50,417 bases of DNA from a virus, in the UHGV virus genome UHGV-0559702, one strand, 5' to 3'. Position numbers and translations under genes: made by a program. Shown here one piece after another: positions 26,202 through 34,814 of this stretch. Each line of letters opens with the position of its first letter. The first letter of the stretch is position 1. The notes under the pieces were generated by a model. The model worked only from the letters and a program-made list of their open reading frames with translations, searched no databases and had not been told where the DNA came from.

Positions 26202-26537
26202 TTAGTCTGATCTCGGGGAGGGTGTCGGTGTCGGGCATGGTGTATTCTCCATACAATTTGGGCAATTGTACTCTGTGACCGGGACGTTCACGGTATAGCT
26301 GAAAACTCCAAATTTCAGGGAGAGCCTCACTTTGTGCTTACCATCAGAAACGTAATGGAATTGTGCTGCCTTTAGGCTCTCGGCAAAGGCTATCATGCCG
26401 CCTACGCTTGCGCCCATGAACAGCAAGCAATTTGCGATGATGCAAAGAGCCAGTCCAATTATGCTGAAATCAAAAAAAACTCCGATGAAAACACCGAATG
26501 AACCTACAAGAAGACAAAACACAAAAAAATTTCCCAT
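26202..26537 (-). CDS. Membrane protein (2 TM) with a Cys/Pro-rich C-terminus
   Basis: AGGAGAT RBS immediately after an upstream terminator; hydrophobic N-terminal 60 aa. Confidence 0.55.
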   Translation of the reverse strand: MGNFFVFCLLVGSFGVFIGVFFDFSIIGLALCIIANCLLFMGASVGGMIAFAESLKAAQFHYVSDGKHKVRLSLKFGVFSYTVNVPVTEYNCPNCMENTPCPTPTPSPRSD

Positions 26538-26545
26538 TATATCTC

Positions 26546-26574
26546 CTAAAAAAGGCCCGGTGGTGAGCCGGGCC
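26546..26574 (-). terminator. Rho-independent terminator after the Gp157-like gene
   Basis: GGCCCGG/CCGGGCC stem followed by TTTTTT on the minus strand. It is immediately followed by the RBS of the next gene. Confidence 0.5.
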
Positions 26575-26581
26575 GGGGTGG

Positions 26582-27085
26582 TTATCGTACTTGCAAGCTG
26601 TATGTCTTCACCAGAGCGCAGCCGGGGATGGTCAATCCGCCTTTGAGGGCTTCTTTGATTGTGGGCTTGTCCGGCTCCACTGTCGTCTTTGTGCGGCGGT
26701 ACAGTTCGGGAAGTTCTTCCATTTGCGCCGTTACCGCTACAGCCTCAGTTTCCCGAACGCTGATTGTGTAGGCGTTGCCGGATACTTTCTTGAGTCCGTT
26801 TTCCCTGAGTGCGATGGTATAGTGTTCCTTGAGCCATGCAAGGCGTGATTCCGCTGTCCTCGCCTTGGCTGCAAGGCGTCTGGCCTCTTCCTTGCAAGCT
26901 TCGGCAAGTGTCGACTGAATTTTCAAGAACTGCCCGAACCCATCCACCTTGTCGGCTTCAAGTTTAGCGAGTTCATCTATGTAGGCGTCCATAGCCTCGC
27001 GTTGTTCCGGAGTCAGTTCTTCATCGGGAATAGAAAGCATTCCGGCGATTTCTTGCTGGATTTCGTTGAAGGTAGGCATGTTCAC
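26582..27085 (-). CDS. Siphovirus Gp157-family protein
   Basis: MPTFNEIQQE...LTPEQREAMDAYIDEL... pattern and size match the Gp157 family. Confidence 0.65.
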   Translation of the reverse strand: MNMPTFNEIQQEIAGMLSIPDEELTPEQREAMDAYIDELAKLEADKVDGFGQFLKIQSTLAEACKEEARRLAAKARTAESRLAWLKEHYTIALRENGLKKVSGNAYTISVRETEAVAVTAQMEELPELYRRTKTTVEPDKPTIKEALKGGLTIPGCALVKTYSLQVR

Positions 27086-27088
27086 CTC

Positions 27089-27484
27089 TTAGAAGGGCAC
27101 ATTGTCCATGCCGTAAGATTCAGAAGGTAAGGATGAACTGGGCTTTCCTCCGTCCTTTTTGTCGAGGAACTGGACGCGCTGCGCCTTGATTTCCGTGGAG
27201 TAGCGTTTCTGCCCCTGCTGATCCTGCCATTCCCGCGTAGATAATGAACCTTCCACGAATACAAGACTTCCCTTGCTCAAGTACTGGTTGCAATGTTCAG
27301 CGGCCTTTTGGAACACAACGACGCTATGCCATTCGGCCTTTTGAATCCGATTCCCTTCCCGATCCGTGTAGCTTTCGTCAGTAGCGACATTGATACGACA
27401 AATTGCTGCGCCGTTTTGGGAATATTTGAGTTCTGGATCGCGCCCAAGGCGTCCGATGATTTCTACACGGTTGAGACTAGCCAT
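27089..27484 (-). CDS. ssb: Single-stranded DNA-binding protein
   Basis: OB-fold N-terminus (LNRVEIIGRLGRDPELKY...) and an acidic C-terminal tail ending MDNVPF. GGAGGG RBS. Confidence 0.85.
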   Translation of the reverse strand: MASLNRVEIIGRLGRDPELKYSQNGAAICRINVATDESYTDREGNRIQKAEWHSVVVFQKAAEHCNQYLSKGSLVFVEGSLSTREWQDQQGQKRYSTEIKAQRVQFLDKKDGGKPSSSLPSESYGMDNVPF

Positions 27485-28145
27485 TTTGCCCTCCATTGAT
27501 GGCGTTCAAAAACTCGGAAACATCGGCCTTTGTCAGTTCGCGGGAGCTTGAAAGGGGCCGTCCAAAAAATTGCGAAAGTTCTGCAAGGTAAGCCTCTCGG
27601 CTGTCTCCATGCCGTTTTGTCAGATAAGACATAAGGGCCTTTGATTGCTCCAGCGTCATCGGGCTGGCGTTTTCTGCCTTCGCCTTTGCCCGTTGCTGTG
27701 CTGCTCCATTTTTGGGGGCGAGATGATCCGTTTCGGCGTCAGGGTCGGGCATCTCCTCAGTGGGGATACAAAAAGTCTGAAACATGGCGTACTTCATGGC
27801 AATGGACTGTGCTTTGGGCAACGCCTTATCCCCACTGTCCATCGCTTCGCCTACGGTCACACAATGAACGCTTGAGCCGTCCTCGGCGTAAAACGTAAAG
27901 CGAACCTTCGCGGTCACATAAGCCATGACCGTGCCTTTGGCGTTCGCCCGCTCCTCGCGTGTCGTTTCCAGCACCTCCGGCACACAGAACACGCCATGCA
28001 GTGACATGACCGGGTGCAAGGCGTTGTAGACATCATCAATTCCTCGGAACTTGAAAGATGCAAACCCACTGGTTTGCCTGTCCTTTCCGATGGAGCCGCA
28101 ATCTCGCATAACCGCGATAATCGCGCCGTAAATCTTCGCTTCCAT
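27477..28145 (-). CDS. erf: ERF-family single-strand annealing recombinase
   Basis: IYGAIIAVMRDCGSIGKD...FKFRGIDDVYNALHPVMSLHG matches the ERF signature. Confidence 0.8.
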   Translation of the reverse strand: MEAKIYGAIIAVMRDCGSIGKDRQTSGFASFKFRGIDDVYNALHPVMSLHGVFCVPEVLETTREERANAKGTVMAYVTAKVRFTFYAEDGSSVHCVTVGEAMDSGDKALPKAQSIAMKYAMFQTFCIPTEEMPDPDAETDHLAPKNGAAQQRAKAKAENASPMTLEQSKALMSYLTKRHGDSREAYLAELSQFFGRPLSSSRELTKADVSEFLNAINGGQNG

Positions 28146-28277
28146 ATTTCATCCTTTCACCGCCCATCGGCGGGAACTAAAAAGGCCCCTTGTCGGGGCC
28201 ATGGTATTCGGGTTCATCGGGAATCGTGCGGTCTACGCTTTCCCTCTCCGCGTCGTACATATCGGCTTCTGGCCTCA

Positions 28278-28433
28278 TCACATCCCCCTCGCCCATTCGC
28301 ATGAGCCTATGAAGATCGCCACAACCATGAGGACCACGCCCAACGCCCACGGAGGGGGTGCCAAACGCCCGCGCTGAGGTGGCATTGGGAACCGCTTCTT
28401 GCCGGGAGGGGTTACGTACACTTCCTTGATCAT
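28278..28433 (-). CDS. Small membrane peptide (51 aa; below track cutoff)
   Basis: GGAGG RBS. ATGA overlap with the upstream gene. One TM segment (ALGVVLMVVAIFIGS). Confidence 0.4.
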   Translation of the reverse strand: MIKEVYVTPPGKKRFPMPPQRGRLAPPPWALGVVLMVVAIFIGSCEWARGM

Positions 28434-28675
28434 GCCGCCGCCTCCAGCCGTTCAAGAACGGCGTCGATTCCGCCATCCTCGTCGATGAACTGGCAGTTGG
28501 TGATGGGCCGCGTGGGGACGAGTTCCCCATCATCCCATTCCGCCGCCCGGAGGCTCCAGCCCTCCCGTGTCGCCTTGAGGAACGACATCACGGCTGCGGG
28601 TGAATTGAAAAAGTGTCTGACCGTTCCGCCGTAGAGCGAATTCCCGGTTTCGATGCAGAAGAATGTTTGAGCCAT
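28430..28675 (-). CDS. Hypothetical protein (81 aa)
   Basis: AGGAGAAAG RBS. Preceded by the hairpin/box element. Confidence 0.5.
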   Translation of the reverse strand: MAQTFFCIETGNSLYGGTVRHFFNSPAAVMSFLKATREGWSLRAAEWDDGELVPTRPITNCQFIDEDGGIDAVLERLEAAA

Positions 28676-28705
28676 AATCTTTCTCCTATTGAAGTCTGGA
28701 TCGGC

Positions 28706-28743
28706 GTCCCAATCCCGATGAAAAAGCCCCGATTTCTCGGGGC
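28706..28743 (-). repeat. Intergenic hairpin + GGGATTGGGAC box element, copy 1
   Basis: Sense orientation reads GCCCCGAGAAATCGGGGC-TTTTT...GGGATTGGGAC, then the RBS. Confidence 0.5.
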
Positions 28744-28753
28744 TTCTACGGGG

Positions 28754-29035
28754 CTAGGCGGGAATGATTTCTTTGATGCAGCAAGCGGGTATGCCTCTAC
28801 AATCGATGTCAGCTTCTTCCTTATTAAAACATCCAATGGTCACTACCCAGCCACCTTTTTCAAACCCCAATACAACACCTCGAACACCTTCCGTGTCCAC
28901 CACCTCATCACCACGTTTCAATGAAGTGATTTTGTGAATCCAAGAAAGGCACTCTTCTTCTGATTCAAACTTTGTGGTTTCCGATTTTTTTGTAATTTTT
29001 TGCAACATTGATTCCAGAAATTCTTTTTCATTCAT
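28754..29035 (-). CDS. Hypothetical protein (93 aa), AT-rich
   Basis: AAGGAG RBS before the ATG at 29035. Confidence 0.5.
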   Translation of the reverse strand: MNEKEFLESMLQKITKKSETTKFESEEECLSWIHKITSLKRGDEVVDTEGVRGVVLGFEKGGWVVTIGCFNKEEADIDCRGIPACCIKEIIPA

Positions 29036-29054
29036 TTTCAGTACTCCTTTTTTC

Positions 29055-29089
29055 GGGTTGATTTGTCCCAATCCCGTTTCCTGCCCCGG
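29055..29089 (-). repeat. Intergenic hairpin + GGGATTGGGAC box element, copy 2
   Basis: GCCCCGGATTCCGGGGC hairpin, then GGGATTGGGAC upstream of the RBS. Confidence 0.5.
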
Positions 29090-29145
29090 AATCCGGGGCA
29101 AGTGCGGGTCTAGGCGGGGCGTAAATTGGCTTCTTCTACAGGCAT

Positions 29146-29388
29146 TCAAGGGCAGTCGCTGTCTATGTAGTACCTGCGCCCTGAGCAGTAGAGCCATTCA
29201 TTTTCATGTCTTTGCATGATCCGCGTCACGGTATGATGCGGGAATGCAACGCCATAGTCATTGACGAACGTCACTCTGTCGCCCACGGAGAAGGCGAGGG
29301 GCCGCCCGTTCTCCGGGGCATAGGGGCGCTGTTCGTCGTGCGCCCTGACAAGTTCCGCCATAGCCTCGTGATGTCCGATACATTCCAT
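29146..29388 (-). CDS. Hypothetical protein (80 aa)
   Basis: GGAGGGAAAT RBS before the ATG at 29388. Confidence 0.5.
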   Translation of the reverse strand: MECIGHHEAMAELVRAHDEQRPYAPENGRPLAFSVGDRVTFVNDYGVAFPHHTVTRIMQRHENEWLYCSGRRYYIDSDCP

Positions 29389-29406
29389 ATTTCCCTCCAT
29401 ATTTGC

Positions 29407-29444
29407 GTTCCCAGTCTCATTCAACCCCCGGATTCCGGCCGGGG
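29407..29444 (-). repeat. Intergenic hairpin + box element, copy 3 (variant box GAGACTGGGAAC)
   Basis: CCCCGGCCGGAATCCGGGGG hairpin followed by the box upstream of the start codon. Confidence 0.45.
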
Positions 29445-29594
29445 TTTTGTGAATCTAGGTTATTCAATTCACTTGTCTTTCTCTAATCGGCCTTGCCTTT
29501 TCCGGCCGATGCTCGGGCTTGCCGCTGGTGTCCAGCTTCGGGCCGTCTTCGCGCTGATTGTCAAAGAACTGTGCGGGGCTTCCCGCGAAATTCG

Positions 29595-29813
29595 TCACCC
29601 GGCGTAGCGGGCTTCCGCTTCGGAGAGCCAGCCGCTGAACCAGCCGTCTAGCAATCCCTTGCGCTGGTAGTCGCTGGCGTTAACCACTTCCCCGCCGAAC
29701 TCTTCCGCGAACTCGCAAGCCTCTGTGAAGCTGTCGAACTCATCAACACAATCCAGTTCCGAGTTATTCGGGTTCTGGCTGATTACGACGTAGGCGGAGT
29801 TCGTGGTGGTCAT
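29595..29813 (-). CDS. Hypothetical protein (72 aa), first gene of the leftward early operon
   Basis: AAAGGAG RBS. Confidence 0.5.
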   Translation of the reverse strand: MTTTNSAYVVISQNPNNSELDCVDEFDSFTEACEFAEEFGGEVVNASDYQRKGLLDGWFSGWLSEAEARYAG

Positions 29814-29866
29814 GGCTGTTCTCCTTTCGGGCGGGGTTTGTTCCCCGTCTCGTTGAAAACAGAATC

Positions 29867-29913
29867 GCATAAACCTTATGCACTGTCAATAGAGAAATGA
29901 AAAAAGTTTATGC
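29867..29913. promoter_or_regulatory. Operator-like inverted repeat GCATAAAC...GTTTATGC (early leftward promoter region)
   Basis: The same 8-bp half-sites recur at 30313-30351, upstream of the gene at 29973..30257. Confidence 0.45.
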
Positions 29914-29927
29914 AAAAAAAAGAGCAC

Positions 29928-29950
29928 AAAAAAAGGGCCGTTTGGCCCTT
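29928..29950 (-). terminator. Rho-independent terminator after the small regulator gene
   Basis: GGGCC-gttt-GGCCC with a flanking T-run on the minus strand. Confidence 0.5.
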
Positions 29951-29972
29951 GCTTGTTAGTTTGACGTTCCGG

Positions 29973-30257
29973 CTACTTGGGTAAAGCTTTAAGCGCAGAC
30001 TTGATTATGTCAGTCCACGATAGCCCCATGGCTTCACACAGATTCACCAGTTCCCCGATTTTGATTACCTGTGGCTTGCGTCTTTCAGGATCTCCCTGTC
30101 CGACAAAAAGTGATTGAACCTTACCTCTTGGGGCTTTCAGATATCCAAAAGCGACAGTCCCCAGTGCCTCATCTGTCATCCTAAGTTCTTCCTGCCTTGC
30201 CACAAGGGAAGCCCTGATTGCGGCGTCCAACGCCTCAATGTCCTGCTTGTTGAGCAT
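29973..30257 (-). CDS. Small putative DNA-binding regulator (94 aa), monocistronic
   Basis: AAGGAG RBS. The gene has its own promoter (with operators) and terminator. Possible HTH at KIGELVNLCEAMGLSWTDII. Confidence 0.5.
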   Translation of the reverse strand: MLNKQDIEALDAAIRASLVARQEELRMTDEALGTVAFGYLKAPRGKVQSLFVGQGDPERRKPQVIKIGELVNLCEAMGLSWTDIIKSALKALPK

Positions 30258-30286
30258 GTTCTCCACTCCTTTTTCCTCCCTTTGTA

Positions 30287-30351
30287 GCATAAATTTTATA
30301 CAAAAGGGGTTAGCATAAACTTTTTACATTGACAATGTGAAATGTTTATGC
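30287..30351. promoter_or_regulatory. Operator-like repeats (AGCATAAA, GCATAAAC, ACATTGACAATGT palindrome, GTTTATGC) in the promoter of the 29973..30257 gene
   Basis: Shares half-sites with the 29867-29913 region. A TTGACA -35-like hexamer sits within the palindrome. Confidence 0.45.
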
Positions 30352-30856
30352 AAAAGTTTGCTCAACAACAGGGCATCACAGCCCACCCCCAGCGGCCTCT
30401 CCCCTCCGGTGTAGTGGGGAGCGCAACGCCACCGGCGGAACGGAGGCATTGTCTCATCGTGCAGGGCGGAAACCGGACGCACGTTAAATGGAGCCGGGGA
30501 CATGAAAGGAGCCGTGGGAACTCGGGGAAGAGTGACCAGCCTTTCGGAAAGCCTCCTTCCTCCCATTGGCGTGGGGGGAAAGGGGGGCTTTTCAGAAACC
30601 GGAGAATCTGAGGAAGAGTGAAGATACAGGGAAAGCCCGAATGCCTTTCTGCCTTTCCTCTTCGGCATATGCCTTTCCCCTCTTCGCTACCGAGAACTAG
30701 GGTTCAGGGCCGGAACCGCCCTCTTGCCGGAATGGGGGGACGGGAAAGATGAAAAAGGGGCACGGAATCTCAAAAGCCGTTTTCAATTCTTTTTGAGATG
30801 CTGCGAAGTGTGAAAAGGCGTTGATGCTCACGAAAAGGCGTTTGGTGAGATGCAAT

Positions 30857-31033
30857 TCAGATATGAGAACGAATCATCCGGCTGAACACAAGAGACAAAG
30901 CCCAAGTCGCAACCATCGCAACCCTGTCAACACGTTCCCATTCAGCTGGGTTCAATTGCAACAGGATGAACGCCCAAAGCAGGTATGAGCACAACCCGGT
31001 GAAAGCAACGGATATAGCAAACTCTTTGTCCAT
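30857..31033 (-). CDS. Small membrane protein (58 aa, 2 TM)
   Basis: GGAGTG RBS; two hydrophobic helices. Confidence 0.35.
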   Translation of the reverse strand: MDKEFAISVAFTGLCSYLLWAFILLQLNPAEWERVDRVAMVATWALSLVFSRMIRSHI

Positions 31034-31678
31034 AGTCACTCCGAAACAGGACATTTTACCCAACTGTTGAGGAATCCTTAACAGTTCGCTCATTGACAAT
31101 CAGCGCGAAGACCCTCAACACCGCACGCGGCCCCTACCGGCTTTCGCCGACAGCCCCGGAGCGTGACGAGGCGAGCACACAGGCGTCGGCCCCGGTGTGA
31201 ATGCGATGCCTGAAACCCTGCTTCCTTTCCTCCCACGGTATACGCGGGAGGTCGGAAACAAGATTTGATAATTCAGTTTCACGGCCCGATCCTCATGTCG
31301 TAACCGTGGGCCCTGTTGGTCGGCTCGGCCCCCGTCGCTTCGGTGCGCTTTGCGCTTCGGCCTTCTTTTCAGCCGTTTTTCCGTCCCGCCGTCCTTACGC
31401 GGCCTGTCTCCACCTCGCCAGCCTGTTGCCCTTCTTTCTCGCGTCCTACTGGGGAGCCTTAGCACTGGGGGTCGGCATCGTTCGGTTGCTCCATACTGAG
31501 CGGCTGGCTTCCTCCGCCCGGGGTTTCGGCTACTTTCCGGCTGGTGTGCCGGGCGTGTTCGCCTTCCCCGCGCGTCGTGAAGACAGTATGCCAAATGGAA
31601 TACTTTTGGTCAAGAAAATTTATTCCATTTTGAATATGAGAGGGCAAAAAAATACCCCCTAAAAAGGGGGCTACTAAG

Positions 31679-32014
<336 letters not shown>

Positions 32015-32179
32015 GGAAGCACTCCATTTGATAAGGTTGATTATTGATCAGGTGATACTCCTTATATGTCTTGCATTGCTATTAGAAGAGATGTTATACT
32101 GTATTCATAGTATATGATAATAACGAATGAACAAACAACCAATAAAAAAGCCCCTCACGAGAAGGGGCTGGGAGGAAAC

Positions 32180-32356
32180 ATGACAAATGAAGTCGAACAG
32201 GCTGAGAATCTGGCAAAAGCTATTTGCATACTTTGTGCAGGGAAAAAGCTCTCTCTTGCCCTCTATGCTTTGGACATTTCCAAGTCATGGTTGAATGAAG
32301 AGGCAGCTATCCCCGATGTTTTTCAGGAAAACGCATCGGCTCATGACCAAGCATGA
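32180..32356 (+). CDS. Small hypothetical protein (58 aa)
   Basis: GGGAGGAAAC RBS. AT-rich immunity region. Confidence 0.35.
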   Translation: MTNEVEQAENLAKAICILCAGKKLSLALYALDISKSWLNEEAAIPDVFQENASAHDQA

Positions 32357-32543
32357 TGTGTTGGAGCAAATGCCCAAAAACCATATACGCTCTATCCGCT
32401 GAAGCTTTGGCTGCATCTTGTGAGGTTATAGTTCCACCAATAGGTCCAAATTCGCAATGAGACATGGCCGCTTCCGTAAGTTTAGCGGCAAGATCGATTT
32501 TTTCCCTGTCAGAAAGTGTAGATAACATTTCAACAATGTTCAT
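32307..32543 (-). CDS. Hypothetical protein (78 aa) downstream of the repressor gene
   Basis: AAGGAG RBS. Overlaps the 3' end of the repressor gene. Confidence 0.45.
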   Translation of the reverse strand: MNIVEMLSTLSDREKIDLAAKLTEAAMSHCEFGPIGGTITSQDAAKASADRAYMVFGHLLQHIMLGHEPMRFPEKHRG

Positions 32544-32949
32544 GCTTTTTCTCCTTCCCCGCTCCGGCGGGGTTTTCTTTTGCTTCAAGACGTTCTCTGT
32601 ATTCTTCCATCATTTCTTTATACGCCCGCAATCTGCCTTCAAGGATAAACTTTTCTTCGGCCTTTTTTTCGAGCTCTTGCCGTAGCCTTCTGATCTCTTC
32701 CGTCTTCTCTGCAAGGTCTTGAGAAAAATCGGCGTCTACATCTTCAGGAAAAACAACGCGGGCACCAAGCATCTCTAGAACAGTCGCAAGTTTTGCTAGC
32801 GTTCCTTCTTCTCCTCTGTCTCCTTTAACCCATCTATATACTGACATTTTCCCCATTCCAGCGTCAGTAGATAGCTTGTACAGACTCCCATATCTTAACG
32901 CTCCGCGTTCCAGACCTGCCAAAATGTGTTCATATAGTGTCTCTTTCAT
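32530..32949 (-). CDS. cI-like HTH repressor (139 aa)
   Basis: Divergent from the cro-like gene across an operator-containing intergenic region. N-terminal HTH (LYKLSTDAGMGKMSVYRWVKG) and coiled-coil C-terminus. The start is 9 nt from operator O1 (short leader or leaderless). Confidence 0.6.
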   Translation of the reverse strand: MKETLYEHILAGLERGALRYGSLYKLSTDAGMGKMSVYRWVKGDRGEEGTLAKLATVLEMLGARVVFPEDVDADFSQDLAEKTEEIRRLRQELEKKAEEKFILEGRLRAYKEMMEEYRERLEAKENPAGAGKEKKHEHC

Positions 32950-32957
32950 AAAAAACC

Positions 32958-33028
32958 ATACCATATGGAATAGCTAAAAATTATTCCATACAGAATTGAT
33001 CTTGCCAGACTTGTATTCCGTATGGTAT
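32958..33028. promoter_or_regulatory. Three operator sites: O1 ATACCATATGGAAT (32958-32971), O2 ATTCCATACAGAAT (32983-32996), O3 ATTCCGTATGGTAT (33015-33028)
   Basis: 14-bp palindromic or half-palindromic sites about 25 bp apart, between divergent HTH genes. O3 is the reverse complement of O1 with one mismatch. Confidence 0.65.
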
Positions 33029-33038
33029 CCTTCGAAAT

Positions 33039-33284
33039 ATGAAAACACCCATTGTTCAAGAAATAGAAAGTTTTTTTGCTCGGTATCCTAATTGTCCTGC
33101 TAGCAAGTTAGCGCGAGTGGCTGGTGTGAGTCAGCCAGTAGTAAGCCGTGCACTAACGGGAGGGCGCCGCGATATGATGTCTGAAAGTGCCGACAAGCTC
33201 CGCGCCGCCATGCGTCGCCTTGAGTGCGAACTTAGGCCCACAGCCACGGCTGAAACTCCCAACGAACACGAATCCCGTGGATGA
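33039..33284 (+). CDS. Cro-like HTH regulator (81 aa)
   Basis: ASKLARVAGVSQPVVSRAL HTH. First gene of the rightward operon. Confidence 0.65.
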   Translation: MKTPIVQEIESFFARYPNCPASKLARVAGVSQPVVSRALTGGRRDMMSESADKLRAAMRRLECELRPTATAETPNEHESRG

Positions 33285-33555
33285 GTGGGGGCTTGCCCGT
33301 CTCATCGGGTACAGCGGCGGGGGCGCAGCCTTTTGGCTTTTCACGCGCCGCCGTGAGTCCCGCAATGCAACGCCTGACCACAGCTTCGGGCGTCGGGTAC
33401 TCCGCGATGCGGTACGCCCGCCAGCGTATCCGGGGATCCCTATGGATCAGGATGCGGACACGCCAGACGGCACGGTGGCGAGTGATGAGCAGGTGAACGA
33501 AAGATTCCATGCCCCCATTAGAGCATGGGTATACACCAGGGAAAATGATCGATGA
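33277..33555 (+). CDS. Hypothetical protein (GTG start); the alternative frame 33281..33496 is also open
   Basis: Its end overlaps the next gene with ATGA. Chosen over the Arg-rich alternative frame on composition. Weak. Confidence 0.3.
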   Translation: MDEWGLARLIGYSGGGAAFWLFTRRRESRNATPDHSFGRRVLRDAVRPPAYPGIPMDQDADTPDGTVASDEQVNERFHAPIRAWVYTRENDR

Positions 33556-33995
33556 ATACCCAAGATTATAACACGTTGACGGGAGTTATCGAGGCCATGA
33601 TCGATGAAGGCGAAAAGCCGATCAAGGCCATCGCCGCCGAGATCGGCAAGCCGTATCCGACTCTCAAGCGTGAGCTGAACCCGGCTGACGACGGCGCGAA
33701 GCTCGGAGCGGACGTACTGCTCGGCATTATGGCCTCCTGTGGATCCATCGCTCCGCTTGAATGGCTTGCGGAAAGGCTCGGTTATGTCGTGAAGCCCAAG
33801 GAATGGGCAGAGCCAGACAAGCCGACTTGGGAAGGAGAATCCGTGGACGATACCATATGCTGCGGGAAGATGGTCATGCTCATGCAGGAAAAAGCGCATC
33901 CGTCCATCGTCTCCAAGGCTGCGGAAGAATGGAAGGACGAGATAGACCAGACGAACACTCGGTATAGGCGAGATTACAACCAAGCGAGGCAGTAA
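33552..33995 (+). CDS. Putative CII-like/HTH regulatory protein
   Basis: IKAIAAEIGKPYPTLKRELNP HTH followed by LGADVLLGIMASCGSIAPLEWL. Its position after cro is reminiscent of lambda CII. Weak. Confidence 0.45.
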   Translation: MNTQDYNTLTGVIEAMIDEGEKPIKAIAAEIGKPYPTLKRELNPADDGAKLGADVLLGIMASCGSIAPLEWLAERLGYVVKPKEWAEPDKPTWEGESVDDTICCGKMVMLMQEKAHPSIVSKAAEEWKDEIDQTNTRYRRDYNQARQ

Positions 33996-33996
33996 A

Positions 33997-34395
33997 ATGC
34001 CTATCCTGATTTGCCAACAGTGCGGTCGGATGTTTGAAGTGAAACGGTACTTTGCCGAAACCGCAAAGTACTGCTCAAAAGAGTGCAAGGATAAGGCCGC
34101 ACAGACGCGAGGGCCTCAAAAGTGCAAGTGCTGCGGAAAAGAATTTTCAGCGAAAGGGAATGCAGCTTTTTGCGACAAGGCTTGTGGGTATGCTTTCAGA
34201 GCCGGGGTGAGCCGCGAAGAATGGCTTGAAGCTCATCCACAGAGCAATCAGTCAACACTTTTCAAGCGTAAGTGCCATGACTGCGGGAAGCCCACAAACA
34301 ATTACAGGTGTTCAGCTTGTTGGGAAAAGCTCCGCAGCGAATCTGAAACGGGTGGTATCCCGGAATACCAGGTTATGGGGCAGGCATGGGTGTAG
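33997..34395 (+). CDS. Multi-CxxC zinc-finger protein
   Basis: Five CxxC pairs (CQQCGR, CKCCGK, CDKACG, CHDCGK, CSAC). Confidence 0.55.
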   Translation: MPILICQQCGRMFEVKRYFAETAKYCSKECKDKAAQTRGPQKCKCCGKEFSAKGNAAFCDKACGYAFRAGVSREEWLEAHPQSNQSTLFKRKCHDCGKPTNNYRCSACWEKLRSESETGGIPEYQVMGQAWV

Positions 34396-34586
34396 GCCCG
34401 TGCCGCTTGGGTCGGCTTCACCGTGATGGGCGGCGAATCCTGTGTTTTGCGGACTGGTCGAAAGAGTACGGAGTCCCGGCGTGGACGTCCCGAAACGGGT
34501 TCGTCAAAGACGTGAACTTCTGCCGCCTGTACTGCGAGAAGAGGCCGGACATTGTTGAAGTAGAACTTGAAGGTTTCAAGGCATAG
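34386..34586 (+). CDS. Hypothetical protein (66 aa)
   Basis: Overlaps the upstream stop. Confidence 0.4.
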   Translation: MGVGPCRLGRLHRDGRRILCFADWSKEYGVPAWTSRNGFVKDVNFCRLYCEKRPDIVEVELEGFKA

Positions 34587-34652
34587 GCAAAAGAAAAGGC
34601 CCAATGCGGGAACACCGGGCCAAATCAAAACAACTAAACTGACGGAGTAATT

Positions 34653-34814
34653 ATGATGGAATCGCAGAGTAAAGTCAATCCGATAATTATTGAATCGCTC
34701 AAGAAGGTCGAACGCCTATTCCGAATCAAGGCGCGTATTGTCGATGCTATCAATGCAAAGATTCAAGTCGAGCGCGATAAGATAGCGAGCCTCGAAAAGG
34801 TGGAGAAGGCATGA
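34653..34814 (+). CDS. Small coiled-coil protein (53 aa; below track cutoff)
   Basis: GGAG RBS. The frame is complete by count (54 codons). ATGA overlap with the replication gene. Confidence 0.45.
   Translation: MMESQSKVNPIIIESLKKVERLFRIKARIVDAINAKIQVERDKIASLEKVEKA

Noticed and set aside
30324-30668. 114-aa ORF in the GC-rich non-coding stretch
   Set aside because: Proline- and arginine-rich, no RBS, and lies in a hairpin-dense region. More likely non-coding.
31115-31662. Overlapping 159-aa (-) and 153-aa (+) ORFs
   Set aside because: Both are Arg/Pro/Gly-rich with no RBS. They are mutually antisense, and neither looks like a protein.
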